A stretch of DNA of 64,000 nt from Eledone cirrhosa (lineage: Eukaryota), in contig OZ024764.1 of assembly GCA_964016885.1 (NCBI GenBank), positions 8,246,001 to 8,310,000 of the forward strand. Reading direction: 5' to 3'. Position numbers and translations under genes: made by a program. Positions 34,465 through 47,421 of this stretch are shown piece after piece (the stretch's first letter is position 1; each line of letters starts with the position of its first letter). The notes under the pieces were generated by a model. That model saw nothing but the letters and a program-made list of their open reading frames with translations, was not told where the DNA came from and made no database searches.

Positions 34465-37400
34465 TAATATAGAGGTGGTTGATAGCTTCCGGTACCTAGG
34501 TGATCAGATTAGCAAGGGAGGAGGGTGCTCCGGGACCATAGTATCTAGAATAAGGACAGGGTGGAAGATAAAGGAGCTGCTTCCTCTGTTGACAAAGAAG
34601 GGCATATCCCTGTGTATGAAAGGCTGGTTATATGATGCCTGTGTGAGATGCGCGATGCTGCATGGTAGTGTGACATGGGCAGCAACTGCGGAGGATATGT
34701 GACGGCTGGAGAGAAATGAAGCCTAGCATGCTCCGTTGGATGTGCAATGTCAATGTGCGTGAACAACCAAGCATGGACGAATTGAGAGAGAAACTGTGTT
34801 TAAGAGGGATAAGTTGTGGTGTGTGGGAGAGGAGACTGAGATGGTATGGACATGTGATGTGTTGAGAGAGAAACTGTGTATAAGAGGGATAAGTTGTGGT
34901 GTGTGGGAGAGAAGACTGAGATGGTATGGACATGTGATGTGTTGAGAGAGAAACTGTGTATAAGAGGGATAGGTTGTAGTGTGTGGGAGATAAGACTGAG
35001 ATGGTATGGACATGTGGTGTGTTGAGAGAGAAACTGGGTATAAGAGGGATAAGTTGTGGTGTGTGGGAGAGAAGACTGAGATGGTATGGACATGTGGTGT
35101 GTTGAGAGAGAAACTGTGTATAAGAGGGATAAGTTGTGGTGTGTGGGAGAGAAGACTGAGATGGTATGGACATGTGATGTGTTGAGAGAGAAACTGTGTA
35201 TAAGAGGGATAAGTTGTGGTGTGTGGGAGAGAAGACTGAGATGGTATGGACATGTGATGTGTTGAGAGAGAAACTGTGTATAAGAGGGATAAGTTGTGAT
35301 GTGTGGGAGAGTAAACTGAGATGGTATGGACATGTGATGTGTTGAGAGAGAAACTGGGTATAAGAGGGATAGGTTGCGGTGTGTGGGAGAGAAGGCTGAG
35401 ATGGTATGGACATATGATGTGTTGAGAGAGAAACTGGGTATAAGAGGGATAAGTTGTAGTGTGTGGGAGAGAAGACTGAGATGGTATGGACATGTGATGT
35501 GTTGAGAGAGAAACTGTGTATAAGAGGGATAAGTTGTGGTGTGTGGGAGAGAAGACTGAGATGGTATGGACATGTGATGTGTTGAGAGAGAAACTGTCTA
35601 TAAGAGGGATAAGTTGTAGTGTGTGGGAGAGAAGACTGAGATGGTATGGACATGTGATGTGTTGAGAGAGAAACTGTCTATAAGAGGGATAAGTTGTGGT
35701 GTGTGGGAGAGAAGACTGAGATGGTATGGACATGTGATGTGTTGAGAGAGAAACTGTGTATAAGAGGGATAAGTTGTAGTGTGTGGGAGAGAAGACTGAG
35801 ATGGTATGGACATGTGATGTGTTGAGAGAGAAACTGTCTATAAGAGGGATAAGTTGTGGTGTGTGGGAGAGAAGACTGAGATGGTATGGACATGTGATGT
35901 GTTGAGAGAGAAACTGTGTATAAGAGGAATAAGTTGTGGTGTGTGAGAGAGGAGACTGAGATGGTATGGACATGTGATGTGTTGAGAGAGAAACTGTCTA
36001 TAAGAGGGATAAGTTGTGGTGTGTGGGAGAGAAGACTGAGATGGTATGGACATGTGATGTGTTGAGAGAGAAACTGTCTATAAGAGGGATAAGTTGTAGT
36101 GTGTGGGAGAGAAGACTGAGATGGTATGGACATGTGATGTGTTGAGAGAGAAACTGTCTATAAGAGGGATAAGTTGTGGTGTGTGGGAGAGAAGACTGAG
36201 ATGGTATGGACATGTGATGTGTTGAGAGAGAAACTGTGTATAAGAGGGATAAGTTGTAGTGTGTGGGAGAGAAGACTGAGATGGTATGGACATGTGATGT
36301 GTTGAGAGAGAAACTGTCTATAAGAGGGATAAGTTGTGGTGTGTGGGAGAGAAGACTGAGATGGTATGGACATGTGATGTGTTGAGAGAGAAACTGTGTA
36401 TAAGAGGAATAAGTTGTGGTGTGTGAGAGAGGAGACTGAGATGGTATGGACATGTGATGTGTTGAGAGAGAAACTGTCTATAAGAGGGATAAGTTGTGGT
36501 GTGTGGGAGAGAAGACTGAGATGGTATGGACATGTGATGTGTTGAGAGAGAAACTGTGTATAAGAGGAATAAGTTGTGGTGTGTGAGAGAGGAGACTGAG
36601 ATGGTATGGACATGTGATGTGTTGAGAAAGAAACTGTGTATAAGAGGGATAAGTTGTGGTGTGTGAGAGAGGAGACTGCGTTGGTATGGACATGTGATGT
36701 GTTGAGAGAGAAACTGTGTATAAGAGGGATAAGTTGTAGTGTGTGGGAGAGAAGACTGCGATGGTATGGACATGTGATGTGTTGAGAGAGAAACTGTGTA
36801 TAAGAGAGATAGGTTGTGGTGTGTGGGAGAGAAGACTGCGATGGTATGGACATGTGATGTGTTGAGAGAGAAACTGTGTATAAGAGGGATAAGTTGTAGT
36901 GTGTGGGAGAGAAGACTGAGATGGTATGGACATGTGATGTGTTGAGAGAGAAACTGTGTATAAGAGGGATAAGTTGTAGTGTGTGGGAGAGAAGACTGAG
37001 ATGGTATGGACATATGATGTGTTGAGAGAGAAACTGTCTATAAGAGGGATAAGTTGTGGTGTGTGGGAGAGAAGACTGAGATGGTATGGACATATGATGT
37101 GTTGAGAGAGAAACTGGGTATAAGAGGGATAAGTTGTAGTGTGTGGGAGAGAAGACTGAGATGGTATGGACATATGATGTGTTGAGAGAGAAACTGTGTA
37201 TAAGAGGGATAAGTTGTTGTGTGTGGGAGATAAGACTGAGATGGTATGGACATGTGATGTGTTGAGAAAGAAACTGTGTATAAGAGGGATAAGTTGTGGT
37301 GTGTGAGAGAGGAGACTGCGTTGGTATGGACATGTGATGTGTTGAGAGAGAAACTGTGTATAAGAGGGATAAGTTGTAGTGTGCGGGAGAGAAGACTGCG

Positions 37401-40400
37401 TTGGTATGGACATGTGATGTGTTGAGAGAGAAACTGTGTATAAGAGGGATAAGTTGTAGTGTGTGGGAGAGAAGACTGAGATGGTATGGACATGTGATGT
37501 GTTGAGAGAGAAACTGTGTATAAGAGGGATAAGTTGTTGTGTGTGGGAGATAAGACTGAGATGGTATGGACATGTGATGTGTTGAGAAAGAAACTGTGTA
37601 TAAGAGGGATAAGTTGTGGTGTGTGAGAGAGGAGACTGCGTTGGTATGGACATGTGATGTGTTGAGAGAGAAACTGTGTATAAGAGGGATAAGTTGTAGT
37701 GTGCGGGAGAGAAGACTGCGTTGGTATGGACATGTGATGTGTTGAGAGAGAAACTGTGTATAAGAGGGATAAGTTGTAGTGTGTGGGAGAGAAGACTGAG
37801 ATGGTATGGACATGTGATGTGTTGAGAGAGAAACTGTGTATAAGAGGGATAAGTTGTGGTGTGTGGGAGAGAAGACTGAGATGGTATGGACATATGATGT
37901 GTTGAGAGAGAAACTGGGTATAAGAGGGATAAGTTGTAGTGTGTGGGAGAGAAGGCTGAGATGGTATGGACATGTGGTGTGTTGAGAGAGAAACTGGGTA
38001 TAAGAGCGATAAGTTGTGGTGTGTGGGAGAGAAGACTGAGATGGTATGGACATGTGATGTGTTGAGAGAGAAACTGTGTATAAGAGGGATAAGTTGTGGT
38101 GTGTGGGAGAGAAGACTGAGATGGTATGGACATGTGGTGTGTTGAGAGAGAAACTGTGTATAAGAGGGATAAGTTGTAGTGTGCGGGAGAGAAGACTGAG
38201 ATGGTATGGACATGTGATGTGTTGAGAGAGAAACTGTGTATAAGAGGGATAAGTTGTGGTGTGTGGGAGAGAAGACTGAGATGGTATGGACATGTGATGT
38301 GTTGAGAGAGAAACTGTGTATAAGAGGGATAAGTTGTAGTGTGCGGGAGAGAAGACTGAGATGGTATGGACATGTGATGTGTTGAGAGAGAAACTGTCTA
38401 TAAGAGGGATAAGTTGTAGTGTGTGGGAGAGAAGACTGAGATGGTATGGACATGTGATGTGTTGGGAGAGAAACTGTGTATAAGAGGGATAAGTTGTTGT
38501 GTGTGGGAGAGAAGACTGCGTTGGTATGGACATGTGATGTGTTGAGAGAGAAACTGTGTATAAGAGGGATAAGTTGTAGTGTGCGGGAGAGAAGACTGCG
38601 TTGGTATGGACATGTGATGTGTTGAGAGAGAAACTGTGTATAAGAGGGATAAGTTGTAGTGTGTGGGAGAGAAGACTGAGATGGTATGGACATGTGATGT
38701 GTTGAGAGAGAAACTGTGTATAAGAGGGATAAGTTGTTGTGTGTGGGAGATAAGACTGAGATGGTATGGACATGTGATGTGTTGAGAAAGAAACTGTGTA
38801 TAAGAGGGATAAGTTGTGGTGTGTGAGAGAGGAGACTGCGTTGGTATGGACATGTGATGTGTTGAGAGAGAAACTGTGTATAAGAGGGATAAGTTGTAGT
38901 GTGCGGGAGAGAAGACTGCGTTGGTATGGACATGTGATGTGTTGAGAGAGAAACTGTGTATAAGAGGGATAAGTTGTAGTGTGTGGGAGAGAAGACTGAG
39001 ATGGTATGGACATGTGATGTGTTGAGAGAGAAACTGTGTATAAGAGGGATAAGTTGTGGTGTGTGGGAGAGAAGACTGAGATGGTATGGACATATGATGT
39101 GTTGAGAGAGAAACTGGGTATAAGAGGGATAAGTTGTAGTGTGTGGGAGAGAAGGCTGAGATGGTATGGACATGTGGTGTGTTGAGAGAGAAACTGGGTA
39201 TAAGAGCGATAAGTTGTGGTGTGTGGGAGAGAAGACTGAGATGGTATGGACATGTGATGTGTTGAGAGAGAAACTGTGTATAAGAGGGATAAGTTGTGGT
39301 GTGTGGGAGAGAAGACTGAGATGGTATGGACATGTGGTGTGTTGAGAGAGAAACTGTGTATAAGAGGGATAAGTTGTAGTGTGCGGGAGAGAAGACTGAG
39401 ATGGTATGGACATGTGATGTGTTGAGAGAGAAACTGTGTATAAGAGGGATAAGTTGTGGTGTGTGGGAGAGAAGACTGAGATGGTATGGACATGTGATGT
39501 GTTGAGAGAGAAACTGTGTATAAGAGGGATAAGTTGTAGTGTGCGGGAGAGAAGACTGAGATGGTATGGACATGTGATGTGTTGAGAGAGAAACTGTCTA
39601 TAAGAGGGATAAGTTGTAGTGTGTGGGAGAGAAGACTGAGATGGTATGGACATGTGATGTGTTGGGAGAGAAACTGTGTATAAGAGGGATAAGTTGTTGT
39701 GTGTGGGAGATAAGACTGAGATGGTATGGACATGTGATGTGTTGAGAAAGAAACTGTGTATAAGAGGGATAACTTGTGGTGTGTGAGAGAGGAGACTGCG
39801 TTGGTATGGACATGTGATGTGTTGAGAGAGAAACTGTGTATAAGAGGGATAAGTTGTAGTGTGTGGGAGAGAAGACTGAGATGGTATGGACATGTGATGT
39901 GTTGAGAGAGAAACTGGGTATAAGAGGGATAAGTTGTAGTGTGTGGGAGAGAAGGCTGAGATGGTATGGACATGTGGTGTGTTGAGAGAGAAACTGGGTA
40001 TAAGAGCGATAAGTTGTGGTGTGTGGGAGAGAAGACCGAGATGGTATGGACATGTGGTGTGTTGAGAGAGAAACTGGGTATAAGAGCGATAAGTTGTGGT
40101 GTGTGGGAGAGAAGACCGAGATGGTATGGACATGTGATGTGTTGAGAGAGAAACTGTGTATAAGAGGGATAAGTTGTGGTGTGTGGGAGAGAAGACTGAG
40201 ATGGTATGGACATGTGGTGTGTTGAGAGAGAAACTGTATAAGAGGGATAAGTTGTAGTGTGCGGGAGAGAAGACTGAGATGGTATGGACATGTGATGTGT
40301 TGAGAGAGAAACTGTGTATAAGAGGGATAAGTTGTAGTGTGCGGGAGAGAAGACTGAGATGGTATGGACATGTGATGTGTTGAGAGAGAAACTGTGTATA

Positions 40401-43400
40401 AGGGGGATAAGTTGTGGTGTGTGGGAGAGAAGGCTGAGATGGTATGGACATGTGATGTGTTGAGAGAGAAACTGTGTATAAGAGGGATAAGTTGTGGTGT
40501 GTGGGAGAGAAGACTGAGATGGTATGGACATGTGGTGTGTTTAGAGAGAAACTGTGTATAAGAGGGATAAGTTGTGGTGTGTGGGAGAGAAGACTGAGAT
40601 GGTATGGACATGTGATGAATTGAGAGAAAAACTGTGTATAAGAGGGATAAGTTGTAGTGTTTTGGAGAGAAAACTGAGATGGTATGGACATGTGATGTGT
40701 TGAGAGAGAAACTGTGTATAAGAGGGATAGGTTGTGGTGTGTGGGAGAGAAGACTGAGATGGTATGGACATGTGATGTGTTGAGAGAGAAACTGGGTATA
40801 AGAGGGATAAGTTGTGGTGTGTGAGAGAGGAGACTGCGTTGGTATGGACATGTGATGCGTTGAGAGAGAAACTGTGTATAAGAGGGATAAGTTGTTGTGT
40901 GTGGGAGATAAGACTGAGATGGTATGGACATGTGATGTGTTGAGAAAGAAACTGTGTATAAGAGGGCTAACTTGTGGTGTGTGAGAGAGGAGACTGCGTT
41001 GGTATGGACATGTGGTGTGTTGAGAGAGAAACTGTGTATAAGAGGGATAAGTTGTAGTGTGCGGGAGAGAAGACTGAGATGGTATGGACATGTGATGTGT
41101 TGAGAGAGAAACTGTGTATAAGAGGGATAAGTTGTGGTGTGTGGGAGAGAAGACTGAGATGGTATGGACATGTGATGTGTTGAGAGAGAAACTGTGTATA
41201 AGAGGGATAAGTTGTAGTGTGCGGGAGAGAAGACTGAGATGGTATGGACATGTGATGTGTTGAGAGAGAAACTGTCTATAAGAGGGATAAGTTGTAGTGT
41301 GTGGGAGAGAAGACTGAGATGGTATGGACATGTGATGTGTTGAGAGAGAAACTGTGTATAAGAGGGATAAGTTGTTGTGTGTGGGAGATAAGACTGAGAT
41401 GGTATGGACATGTGATGTGTTGAGAAAGAAACTGTGTATAAGAGGGATAACTTGTGGTGTGTGAGAGAGGAGACTGCGTTGGTATGGACATGTGATGTGT
41501 TGAGAGAGAAACTGTGTATAAGAGGGATAAGTTGTAGTGTGTGGGAGAGAAGACTGAGATGGTATGGACATGTGATGTGTTGAGAGAGAAACTGGGTATA
41601 AGAGGGATAAGTTGTAGTGTGTGGGAGAGAAGGCTGAGATGGTATGGACATGTGGTGTGTTGAGAGAGAAACTGGGTATAAGAGCGATAAGTTGTGGTGT
41701 GTGGGAGAGAAGACCGAGATGGTATGGACATGTGGTGTGTTGAGAGAGAAACTGGGTATAAGAGCGATAAGTTGTGGTGTGTGGGAGAGAAGACCGAGAT
41801 GGTATGGACATGTGATGTGTTGAGAGAGAAACTGTGTATAAGAGGGATAAGTTGTGGTGTGTGGGAGAGAAGACTGAGATGGTATGGACATGTGGTGTGT
41901 TGAGAGAGAAACTGTATAAGAGGGATAAGTTGTAGTGTGCGGGAGAGAAGACTGAGATGGTATGGACATGTGATGTGTTGAGAGAGAAACTGTGTATAAG
42001 AGGGATAAGTTGTAGTGTGCGGGAGAGAAGACTGAGATGGTATGGACATGTGATGTGTTGAGAGAGAAACTGTGTATAAGGGGGATAAGTTGTGGTGTGT
42101 GGGAGAGAAGGCTGAGATGGTATGGACATGTGATGTGTTGAGAGAGAAACTGTGTATAAGAGGGATAAGTTGTGGTGTGTGGGAGAGAAGACTGAGATGG
42201 TATGGACATGTGGTGTGTTTAGAGAGAAACTGTGTATAAGAGGGATAAGTTGTGGTGTGTGGGAGAGAAGACTGAGATGGTATGGACATGTGATGAATTG
42301 AGAGAAAAACTGTGTATAAGAGGGATAAGTTGTAGTGTTTTGGAGAGAAAACTGAGATGGTATGGACATGTGATGTGTTGAGAGAGAAACTGTGTATAAG
42401 AGGGATAGGTTGTGGTGTGTGGGAGAGAAGACTGAGATGGTATGGACATGTGATGTGTTGAGAGAGAAACTGGGTATAAGAGGGATAAGTTGTGGTGTGT
42501 GAGAGAGGAGACTGCGTTGGTATGGACATGTGATGCGTTGAGAGAGAAACTGTGTATAAGAGGGATAAGTTGTAGTGTGTGGGAGAGAAGATTGAGATGG
42601 TATGGACATGTGATGTGTTGAGAGAGAAACTGGGTATAAGAGGGATAAGTTGTAGTGTGTGGGAGAGAAGACTGAGATGGTATGGACATGTGATGTGTTG
42701 AGAGAGAAACTGTGTATAAGAGGGATAAGTTGTAGTGTGCGGGAGAGAAGACTGAGATGGTATGGACATGTGATGTGTTGAGAGAGAAACTGTGTATAAG
42801 AGGGATAAGTTGTGGTGTGTGGGAGAGAAGACTGAGATGGTATGGACATGTGATGTGTTGAGAGAGAAACTGTGTATAAGAGGGATAAGTTGTAGTGTGC
42901 GGGAGAGAAGACTGAGATGGTATGGACATGTGATGTGTTAAGAGAGAAACTGTGTATAAGGGGGATAAGTTGTGGTGTGTGGGAGAGAAGGCTGAGATGG
43001 TATGGACATGTGATGTGTTGAGAGAGAAACTGTGTATAAGAGGGATAAGTTGTGGTGTGTGGGAGAGAAGACTGAGATGGTATGGACATGTGGTGTGTTT
43101 AGTGAGAAACTGTGTATAAGAGGGATAAGTTGTGGTGTGTGGGAGAGAAGACTGAGATGGTATGGACATGTGATGAATTGAGAGAAAAACTGTGTATAAG
43201 AGGGATATTTTGTGGTGTGTGGGAGACAAGACTGAGATGGTATGGACATGTGATGTGTTGAGAGAGAAACTGTGTATAAGAGGGATAAGTTGTGGTGTGT
43301 GGGAGAGAAGACTGAGATGGTATGGACATGTGATGAGTTGAGAGAGAAACTGTGTATAAGAGGGATAAGTTGTAGTGTTTTGGAGAGAAAACTGAGATGG

Positions 43401-44290
43401 TATGGACATGTGATGTGTTGAGAGAGAAACTGTGTATAAGAGGGATAAGTTGTGGTGTGTGGGAGAGAAGACTGAGATGGTATGGACATGTGATGAGTTG
43501 AGAGAGAAACTGTGTATAAGAGGGATAAGTTGTAGTGTTTTGGAGAGAAAACTGAGATGGTATGGACATGTGATGTGTTGAGAGAGAAACTGTGTATAAG
43601 AGGAATAAGTTGTGGTGTGTGGGAGAGAAGACTGAGATGGTATGGACATGTGATGTGTTGAGAGAGAAACTGTGTATAAGAGGGATAAGTTGTAGTGTGT
43701 GGGAGAGAAGACTGAGATGGTATGGACATGTGATGTGTTGAGAGAGAAACTGTGTATAAGAGGGATAGGTTGTGGTGTGTGGGAGAGAAGACTGAGATGG
43801 TATGGACATGTGATGTGTTGAGAGAGAAACTGTGTATAAGAGGAATAAGTTGTGGTGGGTGGGAGAGAAGACTGAGATGGTATGGACATGTGATGTGTTG
43901 AGAGAGAAACTGTGTATAAGAGGGATAAGTTGTAGTGTGTGGGAGAGAAGACTGAGATGGTATGGACATGTGATGTGTTGAGAGAGAAACTGTGTATAAG
44001 AGGGATAAGTTGTTGTGTGTGGGAGAGAAGACTGAGATGGTATGGACATGTGATGTGCATGGAGGATGACGCTGGGTAAAGAAGTGCCAAGAGATCCCAG
44101 TAGAAGGAAGACTCAGTAGAGGAAGACCACGAAAAACATGGGCGGAGGAGGTGAGAGCTGACCTCAGATTGCTGAAGCTCACAGAGGAGATGACAAAGGA
44201 CGGTGACAAGTGGAGAGATGCTGTGCTGAATAGGACTCGTCCCACCCTTGCAAGCAGGGAAAAAGCAGACGTATGATGATGATGATGATG
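34465..44290 (+). mobile_element. 5'-truncated RTE split by a 9.3-kb internal satellite
   Basis: IEVVDSFRYLGDQISKGGGC..LHGSVTW..MLRWMC before the array; after it MEDD..KKCQEIPVEGRLSRGRPRKTW..RTRPTLASREKADV* and (GAT)n tail. Confidence 0.93.
34780..44056. repeat. 80-bp satellite, ~116 copies, with higher-order structure
   Basis: ttgagagagaaactgtgtataagagggataagttgtggtgtgtgggagagaagactgagatggtatggacatgtgatgtg; block repeats at 480, 1200 and 1678 bp spacing. Confidence 0.98.
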
Positions 44291-44304
44291 ATAAATAATT
44301 ATGG

Positions 44305-44497
44305 TTTCTGATTTAGGCACAAGAACAACGTTTAGATGGGAAAAGAGAAAGTTGATTAAATCCACCCCAGTGTGTCACTGGTACTTTAATATACCGACCC
44401 CAGAAGGATGAAAGGCAAAGCTCACCTCAGCAGGATTTGAACACAGATCATAACTCTATGCCACAAACCATGTTGTCTGACACTCTACCGATTCTGG
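44305..44497 (-). mobile_element. SINE family B, just downstream of the TMEM199 stop codon
   Basis: ggtactttaatataccgacccc.gaaggatgaaaggcaaag core on plus strand, as in 9125-9690. Confidence 0.75.
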
Positions 44498-44546
44498 TCG
44501 TAGTAGTAATAATAATAATGATGATGATGCTGATGCTGCTGAGTCA

Positions 44547-44624
44547 TCACATGGTCCGCTTTACCAGGAAATAAAGGTCTGCAAAAAACACCACAGTGCC
44601 CAGAACGAATCCTACAAGCATTTG
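44547..44624 (-). CDS. TMEM199: TMEM199/Vma12 last coding exon: QMLVGFVLGTVVFFADLYFLVKRTM*
   Basis: Acceptor tttcag, phase 0; second TM helix with A(D/E)LYF motif of Vma12/TMEM199; TGA at 44549-44547. Confidence 0.88.
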   Translation of the reverse strand, partial: QMLVGFVLGTVVFFADLYFLVKRTM

Positions 44625-44770
44625 CTGAAATATACAGAAAATATAGAAAACATATTAATATCATATATCATCATCATCATCATCAATGTTTAACGTCCAT
44701 GTTTCACGCTTGCATGGGTTTGGACGGGGGTTTTCCCACTTGAGGCAAGAGTGGTTGTCTTGCTCGCATA

Positions 44771-45230
44771 GGACTGTCTGGCGGGTTTTCTACAGCTGGA
44801 TGCCCTTCCTAACACCAACCACATTTACAGTGTGGGGTTGGGAGGTTTTTACCGTGTTGCCTACACGGCCACATTACAGCGTGGACTGTCTGGCGGGTTT
44901 TCTACAGCTGGATGCCCTTCCTAACACCAACCACGTTTACAGTGTGGGGCTGGGAGGTTTTTACCGTGTTACCTACACGGCCACATTACAGCGTGGACTG
45001 TCTGGCGGGTTTTCTACAGCTGGATGCCCTTCCTAACACCAACCACATTTACAGTGTGGGTCTGGGAGGTTTTTACCGTGTTACCTACACGGCCACATTA
45101 CAGCGTGGACTGTCTGGCGGGTTTTCTACGGCTGGATGCCCTTCCTAACACCAACCACATTTACAGTGTGGGGCTGGGAGGTTTTTACCGTGTTGCCTAC
45201 ACGGTCACATTACACCGTGGACTGTGTGTT
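44771..45230. repeat. 112-bp tandem repeat x4 from a retroelement 3' tail
   Basis: Units start 44771, 44883, 44995, 45107; each holds tttctacagctggatgcccttcctaacaccaacc (SINE A tail) joined to the RTE 3' UTR end. Confidence 0.9.
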
Positions 45231-45600
45231 TTTTGTCATGACACCTACACGATCTCATTTGTTTCGGCCTGAATGTTGTGGTACCAACATAACTTTACAT
45301 TGAAAGGGGCGGTGTGGATGGGGTGGGGGCGGTGGGACGGGGGTGTATTTTGTTAGAGATGCCTACTGACTGTAGTAGGTTTTACTTTGTATTTAGGTAA
45401 GGCGGGTCTTCTCTATTACTGAGTACAGCCAAAGGTCTCGGTCCAGTGACATTGTCTTGGAGAGGTGTAAGTGTGTGAGGTCAGAATTTATCATGTCGTC
45501 CCAGGTTTTCCTGGGTCTGCCTACTCCGTAGCTACCGTCTATCTTTATTGCCCTGCACTTTGTTATACAGCTGTCGTCTTTCATGCGCATCACGTGACAT
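45183..45600 (-). mobile_element. RTE 3' end (same family as 5455-6825)
   Basis: HVMRMKDDSCITKCRAIKIDG..GRPRKTWDD..EKTRLT*; 3' UTR homologous to 6625-6820. Confidence 0.88.
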
Positions 45601-45648
45601 ATATATATATTGTTATACTTGGGGAGGGTCATATTGTTATAATCTATA

Positions 45649-46440
45649 CCAGCAGTGGTACCCGACGTTGTACGGGACAGGGTATTTTGGAACGCGGGCC
45701 GCCAATAGACCTAAAAACTGCATGCCTGGACAATATGTAAAGAAAATAAACTGAATACTCTGATGGTTGGATAATCTTTAACATTTCTCTCGATGAAGCA
45801 GGAAAAATGCAGGTTTTCACCTAATGCGGGCCCTATGGGATCATGAAAATGAATTTTTTTTTATGTGCATAATATGCCTTTAAATTTCGGGAAAATCGGC
45901 TAGTCGTAACACCTCAAAAACCCCTAAAAAGCTGAAAAAATGAAGTTTTTCCCCTAATGCGGCCCCTAGGCCATAAGAAAGTTGGATTTTCTTTGCTCAT
46001 GGTATGAAGAAGAGACTGACTAATACATAGTTACAATTTCAAGGCAATCGGTCTGACATAACCCCTCAAAACCCCCTAAAAATCTTTAACAAAACAGTTT
46101 TTCACCTAATGCGGACCCTAGGAGATACAAAAAGAAAATTTTTTATGTGCATAACACTCCCTGAAACATAAGTAATACACATGTAAAGTTTGAAAAAAAA
46201 TCGGTTGGGTACTTCTCAAGTTTTAGGGATTCAAACTCACAGACACACACAGGCAGACATCCTCAGTTTTATATATTTTAAAACTCTGCGTTTTTTCAGC
46301 TTTTGGGGGTTTTTTTGAGGGGTTACGTTAGACCGATTTCTTTGAAATTGTAACTATGTATTAGTCAGTCTCTTCTTCATACCGTGAGCAAAGAAAATCC
46401 AACTTTTTTATGGCCCAAGGCCTGCATTAGGTGAAAAACA
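45649..46440 (-). mobile_element. Non-autonomous Helitron, same family as 10483-11620
   Basis: Reverse complement of 3' end (cccgtacaacgtcgggtaccactgctgg) at 45649-45680 and of 5' end (tataaaactgaggatgtct) at ~46255-46278; extra inverted internal fragment 46290-46440. Confidence 0.85.
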
Positions 46441-47285
46441 AGCTCCACTCTAACGAGCTCTCCCATCCCAACAATCTCCACCACTCTAACGAGCTTTCCC
46501 ATCCCAACGATCTCCACCACCCTAACGAGCTCTCCCATCTCCACCACCCTAATAAGCTCCACTCTAACGAGCTCTCCCATCCCAACGATCTCCTCCACTC
46601 TAACGAGCTCTCCCATCCCAACGATCTCCACTCTAATGAGCTCTCCCATCCCAATGATCTCCACCACCCTAACAAGCTCCACTCTAATGAGCTCTCCCAT
46701 CCCAACGAGCTCCACCACCCTAACAAACTCCACTCTAACGAGCTCTCCCATCCCAACGAGCTCCACCACCCTAACAAACTCCACTCTAACGAGCTCTCCC
46801 ATCCCAACGAGCTCCACCACCCTAACAAACTCCACTCTAACGAGCTCTCCCATCCCAATGATCTCCACTCTAACGAGCTCTCCCATCCCAACGATCTCCA
46901 CTCTAACGAGCTCTCCCATCCCAACGATCTCCTCCACTCTAACGAGCTCTCCCATCCCAACCATCTCCTCCACTCTAACGAGCTCTCCCATCCCAACCAT
47001 CTCCACCACCCTAACGAGCTCTCCCATCGCAACCATCTCCACCACCCTAACAAGCTCCACTCTAACGAGCTCTCCCATCCCAACCATCTCCACCACCCTA
47101 ACAAGCTCTCCCATCCCAACCATCTCCACTCTAATGGGCTCTCCCATACCAACGATCCCCACCACCCTAACAAGCTCCACTCTAACGAGCTCTCCCATCC
47201 CAACCATCTCCACCACCCTAACAAGCTCCACTCTAACAAGCTCTCCCATCTCCACCACTCTAACGAGCTCTCCCATCACCCCAAC
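46440..47285. repeat. C-rich modular minisatellite with telomere-like CCCTAA/CTCTAA words
   Basis: Shuffled modules ctccactctaac / gagctctcccatcccaac / ctccaccaccctaac. Confidence 0.92.
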
Positions 47286-47421
47286 TCAGTAAACAAACGA
47301 GGTCAGGGATGTTATTCACTGATCCATTCATCTATCAACCCTTATTATAGTCCCCTACATTAGGACACACACATTTCTGACTAGAAATATAAGGGAAGCT
47401 AACAAGAACACTGTAACTTAC

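Noticed and set aside
34628-44365. Very long minus-strand ORFs (up to 1723 aa, MSIPSQSSLPHTTTYPSY repeats)
   Set aside because: Antisense of the RTE-derived 80-bp unit, which lacks stops in all three frames; three overlapping frames give the same peptide cycle. Same applies to 30048-31625.
46377-47363. Mucin-like or His-rich ORFs on both strands
   Set aside because: Open in four frames because modules are multiples of 3; intronic; no splice or start context.
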